Source: Microbacteriaceae bacterium (GTDB lineage: Bacteria > Actinomycetota > Actinomycetes > Actinomycetales > Microbacteriaceae). Taken from it: a DNA stretch of 64,000 nt. The first letter of the stretch is position 1; each line of letters opens with the position of its first letter. Below the pieces are notes generated by a model. The model made no database searches. It saw only the letters and a list, made by a program, of their open reading frames with translations, and had not been told where the DNA came from. The stretch lies in the NCBI GenBank assembly GCA_947378555.1, contig CANCKM010000001.1, positions 55,372-119,371 on the forward strand, given 5' to 3'. A program made the position numbers and the translations under genes. Positions 40,706-50,911 of the stretch are shown one piece after another.

Positions 40706-42379
40706 ATGCCTAAAGTTCGCATGGCGATAGCCCAGACAAATCCAACCGTTGGAGACATTTTCAACAATTTGGAACACTGTCTCGAGCAAGTGCGGGTTGC
40801 CGCTGCTGCGGGGGCCAAAATAGTGGTTTTTGGCGAGATGGCAGCCACCGGGTACCCAATTGAAGATCTTGCAAGCCGCCCCGATTTCGTTGCCTCGGCG
40901 GAACAATCTATTGCCTCTTTTGCCCGGCAGCTCGCGGAGTTGGATTTGGGTGGCGTAGCCGTGCTTATTGGACACCCGGCCAGCGTCAATACGCCAGAAG
41001 CCAACTGGGCAAACACTCAGAACTGCGCATCCGTTTTGCTGCACGGCAAGGTGTACGCGAGGTATGCCAAGCACCACCTTCCAAACTATTCGGTTTTCGA
41101 TGAGTATCGAAATTTCGTGCCGGGCACCGAGACCCTGGTCTTCGAGCATGAGGGCCTGCGAATCGGCGTAGCGATTTGCGAGGATATTTGGCAACTTGGA
41201 AATCCGGTCGCCCAACTGATCAACGAATCGATCGACCTCACGATTGTTCTAAATGGCTCACCCTTTGAACTAGACAAGGATGACCGTCGCATGGCTTTGG
41301 CCCAACGACTGGCCTTCACCACAAAATCCACAGTCGTCTATGCGAATTTGATTGGCGGTCAAGACGACCTGGTTTTCGATGGATACAGTTTCGCCATCGA
41401 TGCCGCCGGCAAGACAATCGCTCGGGCAAAGCAGTTTGAAACCGATTTGATTAGCTTCACCGTCGGTGATTCAGCGCCGCCCGAAGAGAGCGCCGATTCG
41501 ACTCGCAACGACGAAGACGAATGGCAGATTTGGAGCGCCCTGGTGCTTGGGCTGAGGGACTACGTTGAGAAAAACGGCTTCAAATCCATAATTCTGGGAT
41601 TGAGTGGCGGTATTGATTCCGCGGTCTGCGCTGCAATTGCCGTTGATGCCATAGGTCCAAACCGGGTTTACGGGGTCTCGCTTCCAAGCAAATACTCCTC
41701 CGAGCACTCAAAGTCGGATGCCCTAGATCTAGCAACTCGACTTGGCTTGAACTACCGAGTGGAATCAATCGCCGGAGGCGTGTCTGTCATAGAGGATCAG
41801 CTGCAACTGACCGGGGTGGCCGGTGAAAACCTGCAGGCGCGGGTTCGCGCCGTTATCCTCATGGCCATATCAAACGCTGAGGGCCAACTTCTTCTCACAA
41901 CGGGAAATAAAACCGAAATCTCAGTGGGGTACTCGACAATTTACGGTGATTCCGCCGGTGGATTCGCTCCCCTGCGAGATGTCAAAAAGACTCTGGTTTG
42001 GCAGCTGGCCGAATGGCGCAACGCGCAGGCGCGGGCGCTTGGTCAAATCGAACCGATTCCCCCTAATTCGATCTCAAAACCCCCTTCTGCAGAGCTGAGA
42101 CCAGATCAGGTAGACCAAGACAGCCTTCCGGAATACGACACTTTGGATGCCGTTCTCGAGGAATACGTAACCCATCACCGAAGTTTCAGTGAAATAGTGA
42201 CGCTGGGCTTTGAACCGGACATGGTGGCAAGAATTCTCAAGTTGGTCGACAACTCGGAGTGGAAGCGACGCCAGGGCGCAATCGGTCCAAAGATTTCAAC
42301 GGTGGCATTTGGGCGCGACCGGCGCCTTCCGATAACCAATAAATTTGACGCCAAGACAACAGGAAATGAGAAAAAATGA
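40706..42379 (+). CDS. nadE: Glutamine-dependent NAD+ synthetase
   Basis: Nitrilase-type domain (E, K, ICEDIW) fused to SGGIDS synthetase domain with NKTE and SAEL. Confidence 0.95.
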   Translation: MPKVRMAIAQTNPTVGDIFNNLEHCLEQVRVAAAAGAKIVVFGEMAATGYPIEDLASRPDFVASAEQSIASFARQLAELDLGGVAVLIGHPASVNTPEANWANTQNCASVLLHGKVYARYAKHHLPNYSVFDEYRNFVPGTETLVFEHEGLRIGVAICEDIWQLGNPVAQLINESIDLTIVLNGSPFELDKDDRRMALAQRLAFTTKSTVVYANLIGGQDDLVFDGYSFAIDAAGKTIARAKQFETDLISFTVGDSAPPEESADSTRNDEDEWQIWSALVLGLRDYVEKNGFKSIILGLSGGIDSAVCAAIAVDAIGPNRVYGVSLPSKYSSEHSKSDALDLATRLGLNYRVESIAGGVSVIEDQLQLTGVAGENLQARVRAVILMAISNAEGQLLLTTGNKTEISVGYSTIYGDSAGGFAPLRDVKKTLVWQLAEWRNAQARALGQIEPIPPNSISKPPSAELRPDQVDQDSLPEYDTLDAVLEEYVTHHRSFSEIVTLGFEPDMVARILKLVDNSEWKRRQGAIGPKISTVAFGRDRRLPITNKFDAKTTGNEKK

Positions 42380-42768
42380 GCGCTGACAAGTTGATTTCGA
42401 GTGGTGGGCCATGGGAGGCCGTTATCGGTTATTCAAGGGCGGTAGTCGCCGGTGACTACGTTCATGTCTCGGGTACAACCTCAACGGTTGATGGTGTTTT
42501 GCAACACGAGGGCGACGCCTACGGTCAAACCAAGGTTGCGTTTGAAATTATTGAAAAGGCACTCCAACAGGTCGGCTACGAACTTACCGACATCGTGCGC
42601 TCAAAGGTTTATCTGGCCAACGAAGACGATATGGATGCAGCCGGCAAGGCACACGGTGAACTTCTAGGCGAGGTGAGGCCAGCGCTAACGATGCTAGCCG
42701 GAGTATCATTCATCAACCCGAAAATGCTGGTCGAAATCGAGGTGGACGCTTGGAAGCGAAACCAGTAA
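42376..42768 (+). CDS. RidA/YjgF family protein
   Basis: WE..IGYSRAV, VSGTT, RPA.T and LVEIEVDA motifs. Confidence 0.9.
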   Translation: MSADKLISSGGPWEAVIGYSRAVVAGDYVHVSGTTSTVDGVLQHEGDAYGQTKVAFEIIEKALQQVGYELTDIVRSKVYLANEDDMDAAGKAHGELLGEVRPALTMLAGVSFINPKMLVEIEVDAWKRNQ

Positions 42769-43583
42769 GCAGCGGACACACTCCAAAAAAGGTAAGAACC
42801 GCAACTCTGCTTGCCTTCAAGGAACAGGGCAGGAAAATCAGCTGCCTCACGAGCTACGACCAACAAACCGCCGAAATTTTTGATGAGGCTGGCATCGACG
42901 TTCTTCTGGTTGGAGATTCGGCCGCCGACAATGTTCTCGGATACGCCTCGACGCTGCCAATCACAATCGAAGAGCTAATCCCGTTTGGGCGCGCAGTTTC
43001 GACCGCTGCTAAACGGGCATTGGTTGTAATTGACATGCCCTTCGGTTCATACGAACCCGGTGCTGACGCAGCATTGGCAAACGGAATCAGACTTTTGAAA
43101 ACCAGTGGCGCTGCCGCCGTGAAGCTAGAAGGCGGGCAGCGATCCGTCGCACAGATCAAAAAATTGGTCGAAGCCGGAATACCGGTCATGGGTCATCTTG
43201 GATTCACACCGCAGAGCGTCAACAGTTTAGGTGGCTTCAAGGTTCAGGGACGAGGACCCGCAGCGCAGACTCTGATTGAGGATGCCCTCGCGGTTGAAGC
43301 TGCCGGAGCCTTCGCATTGGTGCTTGAAATGGTTCCAGCGCCATTGGCTGCCGAAATATCGGCACAACTAAAGATTCCTACAATCGGAATCGGAGCTGGT
43401 TCGGCAACCGACGGTCAGATTCTGGTGTGGACGGACTTCGCGGGCCTAAGCGCCTTCAAACCAAGAACCTTCGTCAAGCAGTACGCAAATCTGCGAACCA
43501 CATTGCTAGATGCCGCGTCGACTTATCGTCAAGAAGTAGCAGAGGGAGCCTTTCCGGCTCCTCAACATTCATTTGACTCTTAG
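42750..43583 (+). CDS. panB: 3-methyl-2-oxobutanoate hydroxymethyltransferase
   Basis: LTSYD, LVGDS, DMPFGSY, KLEGG, GHLGFTPQS and IGIGAG motifs; start approximate. Confidence 0.95.
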   Translation: MEAKPVSSGHTPKKVRTATLLAFKEQGRKISCLTSYDQQTAEIFDEAGIDVLLVGDSAADNVLGYASTLPITIEELIPFGRAVSTAAKRALVVIDMPFGSYEPGADAALANGIRLLKTSGAAAVKLEGGQRSVAQIKKLVEAGIPVMGHLGFTPQSVNSLGGFKVQGRGPAAQTLIEDALAVEAAGAFALVLEMVPAPLAAEISAQLKIPTIGIGAGSATDGQILVWTDFAGLSAFKPRTFVKQYANLRTTLLDAASTYRQEVAEGAFPAPQHSFDS

Positions 43584-43601
43584 GGCCCACTCAGCGAAAG
43601 A

Positions 43602-43805
43602 CTATTGATTCCAACGTTCCTCTGATTCATCCCAGTCTTCGTTTCGCTTTTGGATTTTTTGAAGCGCGAGACTGGCCTCGAGATAACTACTAAATGGCCC
43701 GATCCGATAAATCGCGAGTGACTGTTTGCCCTTCTCAACCAAACCGGTGCGCTGGTTAAACCAATATTCTTCGGCAGAGTCATTCGGTTGCGTTGCAGAA
43801 TCCAT
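43602..43805 (-). CDS. Small conserved hypothetical protein divergent from map
   Basis: YWFN..TG.VE.G...RIGPF....EA..A......RN..W pattern seen in small actinobacterial proteins beside map; AAAGGA SD. Confidence 0.7.
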   Translation of the reverse strand: MDSATQPNDSAEEYWFNQRTGLVEKGKQSLAIYRIGPFSSYLEASLALQKIQKRNEDWDESEERWNQ

Positions 43806-43860
43806 CGTTGGTCCTTTCATGAGCGATAAGCCGGTTTCGTTGCTCTCGTAAGATTGAAGC

Positions 43861-44730
43861 ATGCCGAGAGATAAAACAACAGGTTTACTTACGCCGGGAA
43901 CACTCTCGCCCATCAGGCTAGTGCCGAACTCGATCGTTCGACCCGAGTACGTTGGCAAGACACAGCCAGCTCGCTGGACCGGTTCGGATATTAAAACTCC
44001 CGAACAAATCGAACTCATTCGCTCCGCGGGAACCATTGCGGCCAGGGCGATTGAACTGGTTGGCGAAAACTGCCTGCCTGGAGTTTCCACCGACGAACTC
44101 GACCGCATCGCTCACGAATACCTGCTTTCGCAGGGGGCCTACCCCTCAACCCTCGGCTACCGAGGTTATCCAAAGTCAATTTGCAGTTCAATCAACGAAG
44201 TCATCTGCCACGGTATCCCAGATAACACTGTGCTGGTTGACGGCGACATAATAAACATCGACATCACAGCCTTCAAAGACGGTTTTCACGGGGACAGCAA
44301 CCAGACATTCTTGGTGGGCAACGTGAGCACCGAGGTTCAGTTGCTTGTCGAGCGCACTCGCGAGGCACTGCAGCGCGGAATCAATGTCGTTGCACCGGGG
44401 CGACAGGTCAACGTCATCGGCAGAGCCATCGAGTCTTATGCCAAACGCTTTGGATACGGTGTGATTCGTGATTACACCGGTCACGGAATCGGCGAGAGTT
44501 TTCACTCGGGTCTCATAATCCCCCACTACGATTCAGCTCCGATGTACGACACCGAGATGAAAGTTGGCATGGTTTTCACGATAGAACCTATGCTGACCAT
44601 GGGCACCCACGAGTGGGACATTTGGAAAGACGACTGGACTGTGGTCACGCGTGACCGCTCAATTACGGCCCAGTTCGAACACACCCTTGTGGTCACCGAA
44701 ACCGGTGCCGAAATACTAACGCTGGCTTGA
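43861..44730 (+). CDS. map: Methionine aminopeptidase type I
   Basis: CHGIP, DIT, HGD, GHGIG, FTIEPM and QFEHT motifs. Confidence 0.96.
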   Translation: MPRDKTTGLLTPGTLSPIRLVPNSIVRPEYVGKTQPARWTGSDIKTPEQIELIRSAGTIAARAIELVGENCLPGVSTDELDRIAHEYLLSQGAYPSTLGYRGYPKSICSSINEVICHGIPDNTVLVDGDIINIDITAFKDGFHGDSNQTFLVGNVSTEVQLLVERTREALQRGINVVAPGRQVNVIGRAIESYAKRFGYGVIRDYTGHGIGESFHSGLIIPHYDSAPMYDTEMKVGMVFTIEPMLTMGTHEWDIWKDDWTVVTRDRSITAQFEHTLVVTETGAEILTLA

Positions 44731-44746
44731 TAGGAAGTTAAATAGC

Positions 44747-45514
44747 ATGACCAATAAGGCCATAGGCATTGACATCGGTGGTACTGGAATAAAGGGCGCG
44801 CTGGTGAACACCTCCACCGGCACTCTCATCGGAGACCGCGTTCGATACGACACTCCAGCCGGGGGCCAACCCGCCGAAATAGCCAAAGTCGTTAAGCGAA
44901 TTCTCGGCGAGATACCTGGCGTGAAGAGTCGCTACCCGGTTGGAATTTGTTTTCCGGCCGTGGTCAAGAATGGCATCACAATGTCGGCCGCCAATATTTC
45001 CAAGGAGTGGATTGGGCTCGACGCCGAAGGCCTGTTTGATAGCACACTCGGGCGCTCCGTCCGGGTAATCAACGATGCCGATGCAGCCGGTGAGGCCGAG
45101 GTGAAGTTCGGTGCCGGTCACAACAAAAAGGGCCTAGTGATTATGACAACCCTTGGAACCGGCATAGGCACAGCGCTTTTGATGGACGGCTCGCTCGTGC
45201 CGAACGCCGAATTGGGTCACCTAGAAATTGACGGTGTTGACTACGAAACCAAGGCTGCCTTCTCTGCAAAGGAGCGCGAGGGGCTTAGTTTTGCCGAATG
45301 GGCCAAACGCCTGCAAAAGTACTACTCGACGCTCGATGCACTGTTTAGTCCGAACCTCATAATTGTCGGTGGTGGAGTCTCAAAGCAGCATGCCGAGTTC
45401 CTACCACTCATCAAACTCAACTGCCCAATCGTTCCGGCAACCAAACGCAATAATGCCGGAATTCTGGGAGCCGCAACTTACGCTTCGAGACACTTCAGGG
45501 ATACGAAACATTAG
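44747..45514 (+). CDS. ppgK: Polyphosphate/ATP glucokinase (ROK family)
   Basis: GIDIGGTGIKG, NDADAAG, TLGTGIG, N.ELGH and GGGVSK motifs. Confidence 0.9.
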   Translation: MTNKAIGIDIGGTGIKGALVNTSTGTLIGDRVRYDTPAGGQPAEIAKVVKRILGEIPGVKSRYPVGICFPAVVKNGITMSAANISKEWIGLDAEGLFDSTLGRSVRVINDADAAGEAEVKFGAGHNKKGLVIMTTLGTGIGTALLMDGSLVPNAELGHLEIDGVDYETKAAFSAKEREGLSFAEWAKRLQKYYSTLDALFSPNLIIVGGGVSKQHAEFLPLIKLNCPIVPATKRNNAGILGAATYASRHFRDTKH

Positions 45515-45525
45515 CTAAACGGAAA

Positions 45526-45881
<356 letters not shown>

Positions 45882-45916
45882 CTTTAACACTACGCAAAGC
45901 ACGAAGGATGCGCCAT

Positions 45917-47083
45917 TCAAAGGTGGGCGGTTGAGTTCAGAACTACGGTTTCCGCGGCCTGATTGCCCCAAAAGCGAATTATCGTAATCGAACACGGTGC
46001 GATTTGCGGGCGCCAGTAGGCGCTTATTCCGGCGTCTAGGGCCCGCTTGACGAAACCTCGAATCGGCATAACGTGACTGACGACGACGACACATTTTCCG
46101 GCATGTTCGGTGACGATTGCACTGATGCCATTGCCCACTCGCTGATCAAAGACCTCGAGCGATTCGCCACCCGGTGGACTAACCTGCCAACTGCCCTGCC
46201 ACGACTTCCAGATCTCTGGGTCTAGGCTCTCAGCCTCGGCATGTGTCAGGCCATCCCAGGTTCCAAAGGAGATTTCGGCTATGTCGTCATTGGTTGACAC
46301 TACGACGTCTAACTCTTCAGCAATTATTCGAGCGGTCTGCTGGGTGCGCGCTATGGGCGAAGCCACAACCGCGTCGATCTCGGGAAGGTGACTCCATAGC
46401 GAACTGCGACCGACTTTGCCAAGTTCCTTCGCAACGGTTTTAGCGTCTTGAATTCCAGCGCTCGAAAGTTCTGGGTTGGCTCCCCCGCGTCCGGAAATAC
46501 GCTTCGACTCCGTGAGCGCTGTGCGGCCATGTCGCACGAGAATGACGGTGGTTAGCGGCTCAGTGACCCCAGACGGGGCTCGAACCGAACTCGGCGACTC
46601 ACTGTTGAACTCTGCTATTGGGGCCGCTGGCACGGCTTCCTGCTGGGTTTTGGTGAAAAGCTTGACCGAGTCAGACTCTTCATCCATCGCCTTGTTTGCA
46701 AGCGAATCGGCATGACCGTTGAGTTCTCTGGGAATCCACTCAAACTGAACTACGCGACCGCGAATTATTTCGTGCAGGCTGGCCGCCAACTGCTGCATGT
46801 CGGGGTGCTTTATTTTCCAACGACCAGACATTTGCTCGACGACTAGCTTTGAATCCATGCGAACTCGAATGTTGGCTGAGGGATCAATCAGAAAAACCTG
46901 TTCAACTCCAGCGATTATTGCCACATATTCGGCAACGTTGTTGGTGGCAATGCCAATGAACCTAGCGACCTCAACCAAGACTTCGCCTGTGCTCGCATCA
47001 AAAACCACCGCTCCCGACCCGGCTGGACCTGGATTTCCTCGAGAGCCACCATCAGCTTCGACGATGAAGGAGCCTGAGCTCAA
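45917..47083 (-). CDS. Bifunctional RNase HI / histidine phosphatase (Rv2228c-like)
   Basis: EADGGSRGNPG, NNVAEY, DSKLVVEQM RNase H domain plus RHG...SH phosphatase domain; TTGA overlap start at 47083. Confidence 0.9.
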   Translation of the reverse strand: MSSGSFIVEADGGSRGNPGPAGSGAVVFDASTGEVLVEVARFIGIATNNVAEYVAIIAGVEQVFLIDPSANIRVRMDSKLVVEQMSGRWKIKHPDMQQLAASLHEIIRGRVVQFEWIPRELNGHADSLANKAMDEESDSVKLFTKTQQEAVPAAPIAEFNSESPSSVRAPSGVTEPLTTVILVRHGRTALTESKRISGRGGANPELSSAGIQDAKTVAKELGKVGRSSLWSHLPEIDAVVASPIARTQQTARIIAEELDVVVSTNDDIAEISFGTWDGLTHAEAESLDPEIWKSWQGSWQVSPPGGESLEVFDQRVGNGISAIVTEHAGKCVVVVSHVMPIRGFVKRALDAGISAYWRPQIAPCSITIIRFWGNQAAETVVLNSTAHL

Positions 47084-47796
47084 GACCGAACCAAAATCGC
47101 GGCGCACTCGGGACAGAAAACCATTGCGTCGGCCGGCTGATTCACCGCTTCGTCATAGGCTGCAGCGGTGAGCGATATCTGACAGGATCCGCATTGCCGA
47201 CCAATGAGCCGACCTACCGCGGTGCCTCGAAGGCTCTTCTTATCGAATAGCTCAACGATTTCGGCGGGAATGCGTGCTCTTAGCGCGTCACGTTCGGTGG
47301 ATTCAAGTTGCAAGCCGGATTGCAGCTTCATGAGATCCTGCATGGATTTGTCGTCGGCCACAGCCAAGGTTTCGTCAATCTTAGACTTTTCGACCTTCAG
47401 AACCGAGAGCTTTTGCTCGGCTTCTTCTAAGTGCTCCATTATGGCGAGACTCGCATCTTCCAGATCTGACTTCCGTTTGCCCAATGTGACGAGTTCGGAC
47501 TCGATACCCTGGGCGTCTTTTGCCGATGATGTTTGGTTCAAACGCTGCTTGTCGAGCGATATTCGCGAGTCAACAACGGCAACATCGGCGTTTGCCCTAG
47601 ACAACTCTAGGTTTAGGCTTTCGCAAAGGTTGCTGGCTTCAAGTACCTGAAGCGCCATGGTGCGCTGGCTCGCGCGAAGCTCGGCTGTGGCCTTCCCTGA
47701 GTTCAAATCATCAATCTCACGCTGGTGGCGCTCAATGGTTTGGTTGATGGCCTCTAGTGCCAATAAATCAAGCTGGTTGCTTTTTGATGCCTGCAC
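47080..47796 (-). CDS. Coiled-coil protein with C4 zinc ribbon (DUF164, Rv2229c-like)
   Basis: Long heptad coil, then CGSC...CPEC.AILVR. Confidence 0.88.
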   Translation of the reverse strand: MQASKSNQLDLLALEAINQTIERHQREIDDLNSGKATAELRASQRTMALQVLEASNLCESLNLELSRANADVAVVDSRISLDKQRLNQTSSAKDAQGIESELVTLGKRKSDLEDASLAIMEHLEEAEQKLSVLKVEKSKIDETLAVADDKSMQDLMKLQSGLQLESTERDALRARIPAEIVELFDKKSLRGTAVGRLIGRQCGSCQISLTAAAYDEAVNQPADAMVFCPECAAILVRS

Positions 47797-47821
47797 TGCT
47801 GCTCGTCTCTTTAATTTTTCG

Positions 47822-48640
47822 TTACTGCGTGACCGCGAAGTCCCACGGATCGGTTCTTAGGGTGCTGACTTCAAACTTAACAGAACTGTGGGCCTCAGAC
47901 AGTTGCCTTGCCGCTTGTTCCAACCAAAGCCACTCGGCTGCCCAATGCGAGACATCGATCAGCGACAACCCCGAACCACTCGCCCGTGCCTGTTCCATGG
48001 CCTCGAGTGCAACGTGATGGCGCAAATCCGAGGTTATGTAAACATCCGCCCCGCGCGCACTTGCCGCATCAATGAAGTCGGCACCTGACCCGCCACACAA
48101 TGCGATTCGCTGTACTTGCCGCTCTGGCAATCCAGCGACTCTCACACCACTCGCGGTTGAAGGCAAGAGCCTGGCGATGGATACTGCCAACTCGGTCAAT
48201 GACACCGGCGCAGCCAGCTTGCCCACTCTTCCGGAGCCGACCGAAGAGCCCAAACTGGTCGGCACAAGTGGTTCGATGTCCAGCAATCCCAAGGCTTTTG
48301 CCAAAGTGTCCGAAACGCCAAGGTCGGTGATGTCGGCGTTTGTGTGAGCCGCGAAAACTGCTGTTTCAGACTTCATGGCCATCGCGAGAACTAGACCCTT
48401 GGCGGTGTTTTCGGCGACGGTTTGCAGCGGCTTCAAAAGAAAGGGGTGGTGCGCGATTATGAGATCGTACTCTGCCGACTCACTCATAAGTTCGATGGTG
48501 ACGTCAACGGTTAGAAGGACTCTAAAGACGTTGGCTTTTACTGAGCCACAAACTAAACCTGGGGAATCCCAGCTCTCGGCTCCGGAAAGAGGCCACAAGC
48601 GTTCGCAAGTTTCGAGGATTTCCGCAACGGTTGCAGACAT
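47822..48640 (-). CDS. Nif3-like dinuclear metal protein
   Basis: AESWD..GL, HHP, HTNAD, GGSG, TSDLRHH and H...E motifs. Confidence 0.9.
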   Translation of the reverse strand: MSATVAEILETCERLWPLSGAESWDSPGLVCGSVKANVFRVLLTVDVTIELMSESAEYDLIIAHHPFLLKPLQTVAENTAKGLVLAMAMKSETAVFAAHTNADITDLGVSDTLAKALGLLDIEPLVPTSLGSSVGSGRVGKLAAPVSLTELAVSIARLLPSTASGVRVAGLPERQVQRIALCGGSGADFIDAASARGADVYITSDLRHHVALEAMEQARASGSGLSLIDVSHWAAEWLWLEQAARQLSEAHSSVKFEVSTLRTDPWDFAVTQ

Positions 48641-48646
48641 GGTCGC

Positions 48647-50737
48647 TTATATTCCGTGTACGGAATTCAGGTCGAGCCTTCTGGCTTCGATGGCCCCGAT
48701 TTCCGATTCCTGTTTCCTGATGTGCTTCACACCGAAAACGACTGGAAAGAGTGCCGCTAGCAGGAAAGCCGCCCAGAACCCTAGGTGCAACGGCTCTAGA
48801 GCCTGCGGAATAGCGAATGGTGACAAAAGGTAGCCGAACCAGGTGAACTCCTGAAGCGAGCTGCGCTCAAGACCGTATCCAACCGTAATGGCGACCAACC
48901 AGCCGACAAGGTTGAACCAGGTCAGATTTCTATAAAAACCATAGCCTCGACGAAGTGAAACGGAGTGATAGTCGATTTTTCTCAGCAGAACATCCGAGGT
49001 AATAATTCCGACCCATGCCAAAACTGGAATACTCAAAGCCGCCAAATATCCCTCGATGTTGTAAGCCAGTCCCGGTAACCCCAACCGATTGCCCATCCAA
49101 CCTGCAACGGCAGTTGAAGCCAGCAAGATGAGGACTAACCAGAGGCGGCGTTCGCGAAGGTTTATCGCTGCGAGCCCATCGCGAATTGACGTCGCCTGAA
49201 GCAGCACCACAGAACCTATCGAAACCAAAAGCATCGCTGCGGTTGCCATGACTTGCCACGACGAGAATCCCAAAGTTGTCGACAAATAGTCTGAATTAAA
49301 AATTCCGTTTGTCGAAAGCCTGTTTGCCACGAGCAGCGAGGATCCGCCTACCAAAAGAATGGGTAAGCCAGCGACCAATAACCAAGTGACTGCAAAGACC
49401 CGGAAGTTCGAGTTGGAGGCTTTAGATGGCGGAGCGAAATCTGATGCAAACGGAGCCCAGAGCAGCACGAAAGCGCCGAAGGTCAAACCAGAGAGTTTGG
49501 CCACCGTGGCCAAATCAAAGCCGGGATAGTTGGCAAATACCCCTCCCAAATCATTCGACGAGGCAGCCGAGAAAATGATGAACGCCGAACAGCCAGCTAG
49601 GTTGAGGATTGCCAAGATTGACACGACCATCCTGCGAGCCCCACTTGGAAGAAGTCCGAGGATCAAAACGGGAACCAGCATCGCTATGGCTATAAGCGCC
49701 GAGTATGGAATCGCTAGATCGAACCCTGAAAAACTCAACGAAAGGGATTCGGTTGACATCCACGAACTAAGAAACCCGAAAGCTGCAATGATGCCAGCGG
49801 TCAGAACAAAAACCAATGCGGCGAACCTGATGACGGTGATTACTATCGCGGGAACATAGTTTGTCGCCACTCCGAATGCTGCCCTCGAGGACAGCAACAG
49901 CTGTGACCCGCCTCGCTTTGCTGCGATGGCCCCAACGCCAAGGACGCAGCCGGCCAGGAACAAGCCGATGCAGATGCCGATAACCGTGTTCAATACGTCC
50001 GCTTTAGAAACGGCAATCGCAACTGCAGAGAGGGCTACGCTCGACATTCCCCCAAAAGCTACGAGCCATGGAGCAGAGGCTGCCCATGGCGAGAGTGCCT
50101 TCTCGCCTTCTTCCGCTTCTGCCACGGCAATTCCTGCCAAACCGGGTACGGGTGAAACCAGCGGCGCTATGAGGTGGTCTTCTTCGAATTCAGAAACCAT
50201 CTCTTCCGCCGAGCCCAGAATTGGGGCAGCAGGCGATGCGTTTTCAGTTTCGATTTCGGATTCGACATTTCCGGATGGCGCAAGAAGGTCATCGAAATCG
50301 GTTGCGGTTGCGGTTGGAGCCCCATACATCGCATTTAAGTTGGCGGCGATGTCAGGCGTTTCGGGCTCGGGCTCAGGCACGACCACAGGTTCAGGAACAA
50401 CCACCGGTTCAGGAACAGGTTCAGGAACAACCACCGGTTCGGGAACAGGTTCAGGAACAACCACGGGTTCAGGAACAAAGGGAATCGGATCCAAGCCGTC
50501 GTCTACTCGGCGGGCATTCTCAAGGGCGCGCAGCGCTTCTTTACTGCCAAGCCGAAGCATTGAGTCTTCCCAGTCGGTTCGATCTCGCAAGTCACGCTCG
50601 CGCAGTTTTGTTTGAGTCTCTAGCAGCTCCATGGCCGCCAAGATTCCAGTCTCATCACTGTGGGGTGCGCCAATGGCAGCAGAGAGTTCCTCATCCGAGA
50701 GAGATTTTCTGGCTGGCGGGCTAAACATGGAATCCAT
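48647..50737 (-). CDS. Purine-cytosine permease (NCS1)-like membrane protein with a long acidic N-terminal extension
   Basis: About 13 hydrophobic segments from about aa 220; G.....SRAAFG motif; N-terminal helical domain followed by a Pro/Glu/Val linker. Confidence 0.65.
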   Translation of the reverse strand: MDSMFSPPARKSLSDEELSAAIGAPHSDETGILAAMELLETQTKLRERDLRDRTDWEDSMLRLGSKEALRALENARRVDDGLDPIPFVPEPVVVPEPVPEPVVVPEPVPEPVVVPEPVVVPEPEPETPDIAANLNAMYGAPTATATDFDDLLAPSGNVESEIETENASPAAPILGSAEEMVSEFEEDHLIAPLVSPVPGLAGIAVAEAEEGEKALSPWAASAPWLVAFGGMSSVALSAVAIAVSKADVLNTVIGICIGLFLAGCVLGVGAIAAKRGGSQLLLSSRAAFGVATNYVPAIVITVIRFAALVFVLTAGIIAAFGFLSSWMSTESLSLSFSGFDLAIPYSALIAIAMLVPVLILGLLPSGARRMVVSILAILNLAGCSAFIIFSAASSNDLGGVFANYPGFDLATVAKLSGLTFGAFVLLWAPFASDFAPPSKASNSNFRVFAVTWLLVAGLPILLVGGSSLLVANRLSTNGIFNSDYLSTTLGFSSWQVMATAAMLLVSIGSVVLLQATSIRDGLAAINLRERRLWLVLILLASTAVAGWMGNRLGLPGLAYNIEGYLAALSIPVLAWVGIITSDVLLRKIDYHSVSLRRGYGFYRNLTWFNLVGWLVAITVGYGLERSSLQEFTWFGYLLSPFAIPQALEPLHLGFWAAFLLAALFPVVFGVKHIRKQESEIGAIEARRLDLNSVHGI
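50361..50477 (-). repeat. Coding tandem repeat (PEPVVVPEPV, about 3 x 30 bp plus partial units)
   Basis: ACAGGTTCAGGAACAACCACCGGTTCRGGA repeated on the + strand. Confidence 0.85.
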
Positions 50738-50792
50738 ATCGAAATACTACCGCCGCGAGGGCAAATTTTCCCACGCGCCAATCAAGACACTG

Positions 50793-50865
50793 TGGGCCCT
50801 ACCGGGCTCGAACCGATGACATCCACGGTGTAAGCGTGGCGCTCTACCAACTGAGCTAAAGGCCC
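50793..50865 (-). tRNA. tRNA-Val (anticodon TAC)
   Basis: Cloverleaf GGGCCTT/AGGGCCC acceptor, CCACG-CTTACAC-CGTGG anticodon arm, GGTTCGAGCCC T-arm; CCA not encoded. Confidence 0.96.
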
Positions 50866-50911
50866 CTCTTTCGAGGATGTTGCAAAAGCAACGAGTAAAA
50901 CTCTAACTCAT

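Noticed and set aside
43581-43590. TAGGGCCCAC matching the tRNA-Val 3' end (possible att site)
   Set aside because: Only 10 nt, in inverted orientation, no integrase, and the intervening genes are core
49926-50724. Long + strand ORFs with GSGTTT or QEQPPV repeats
   Set aside because: Antisense shadows of the PEPVVV linker of the permease-like gene
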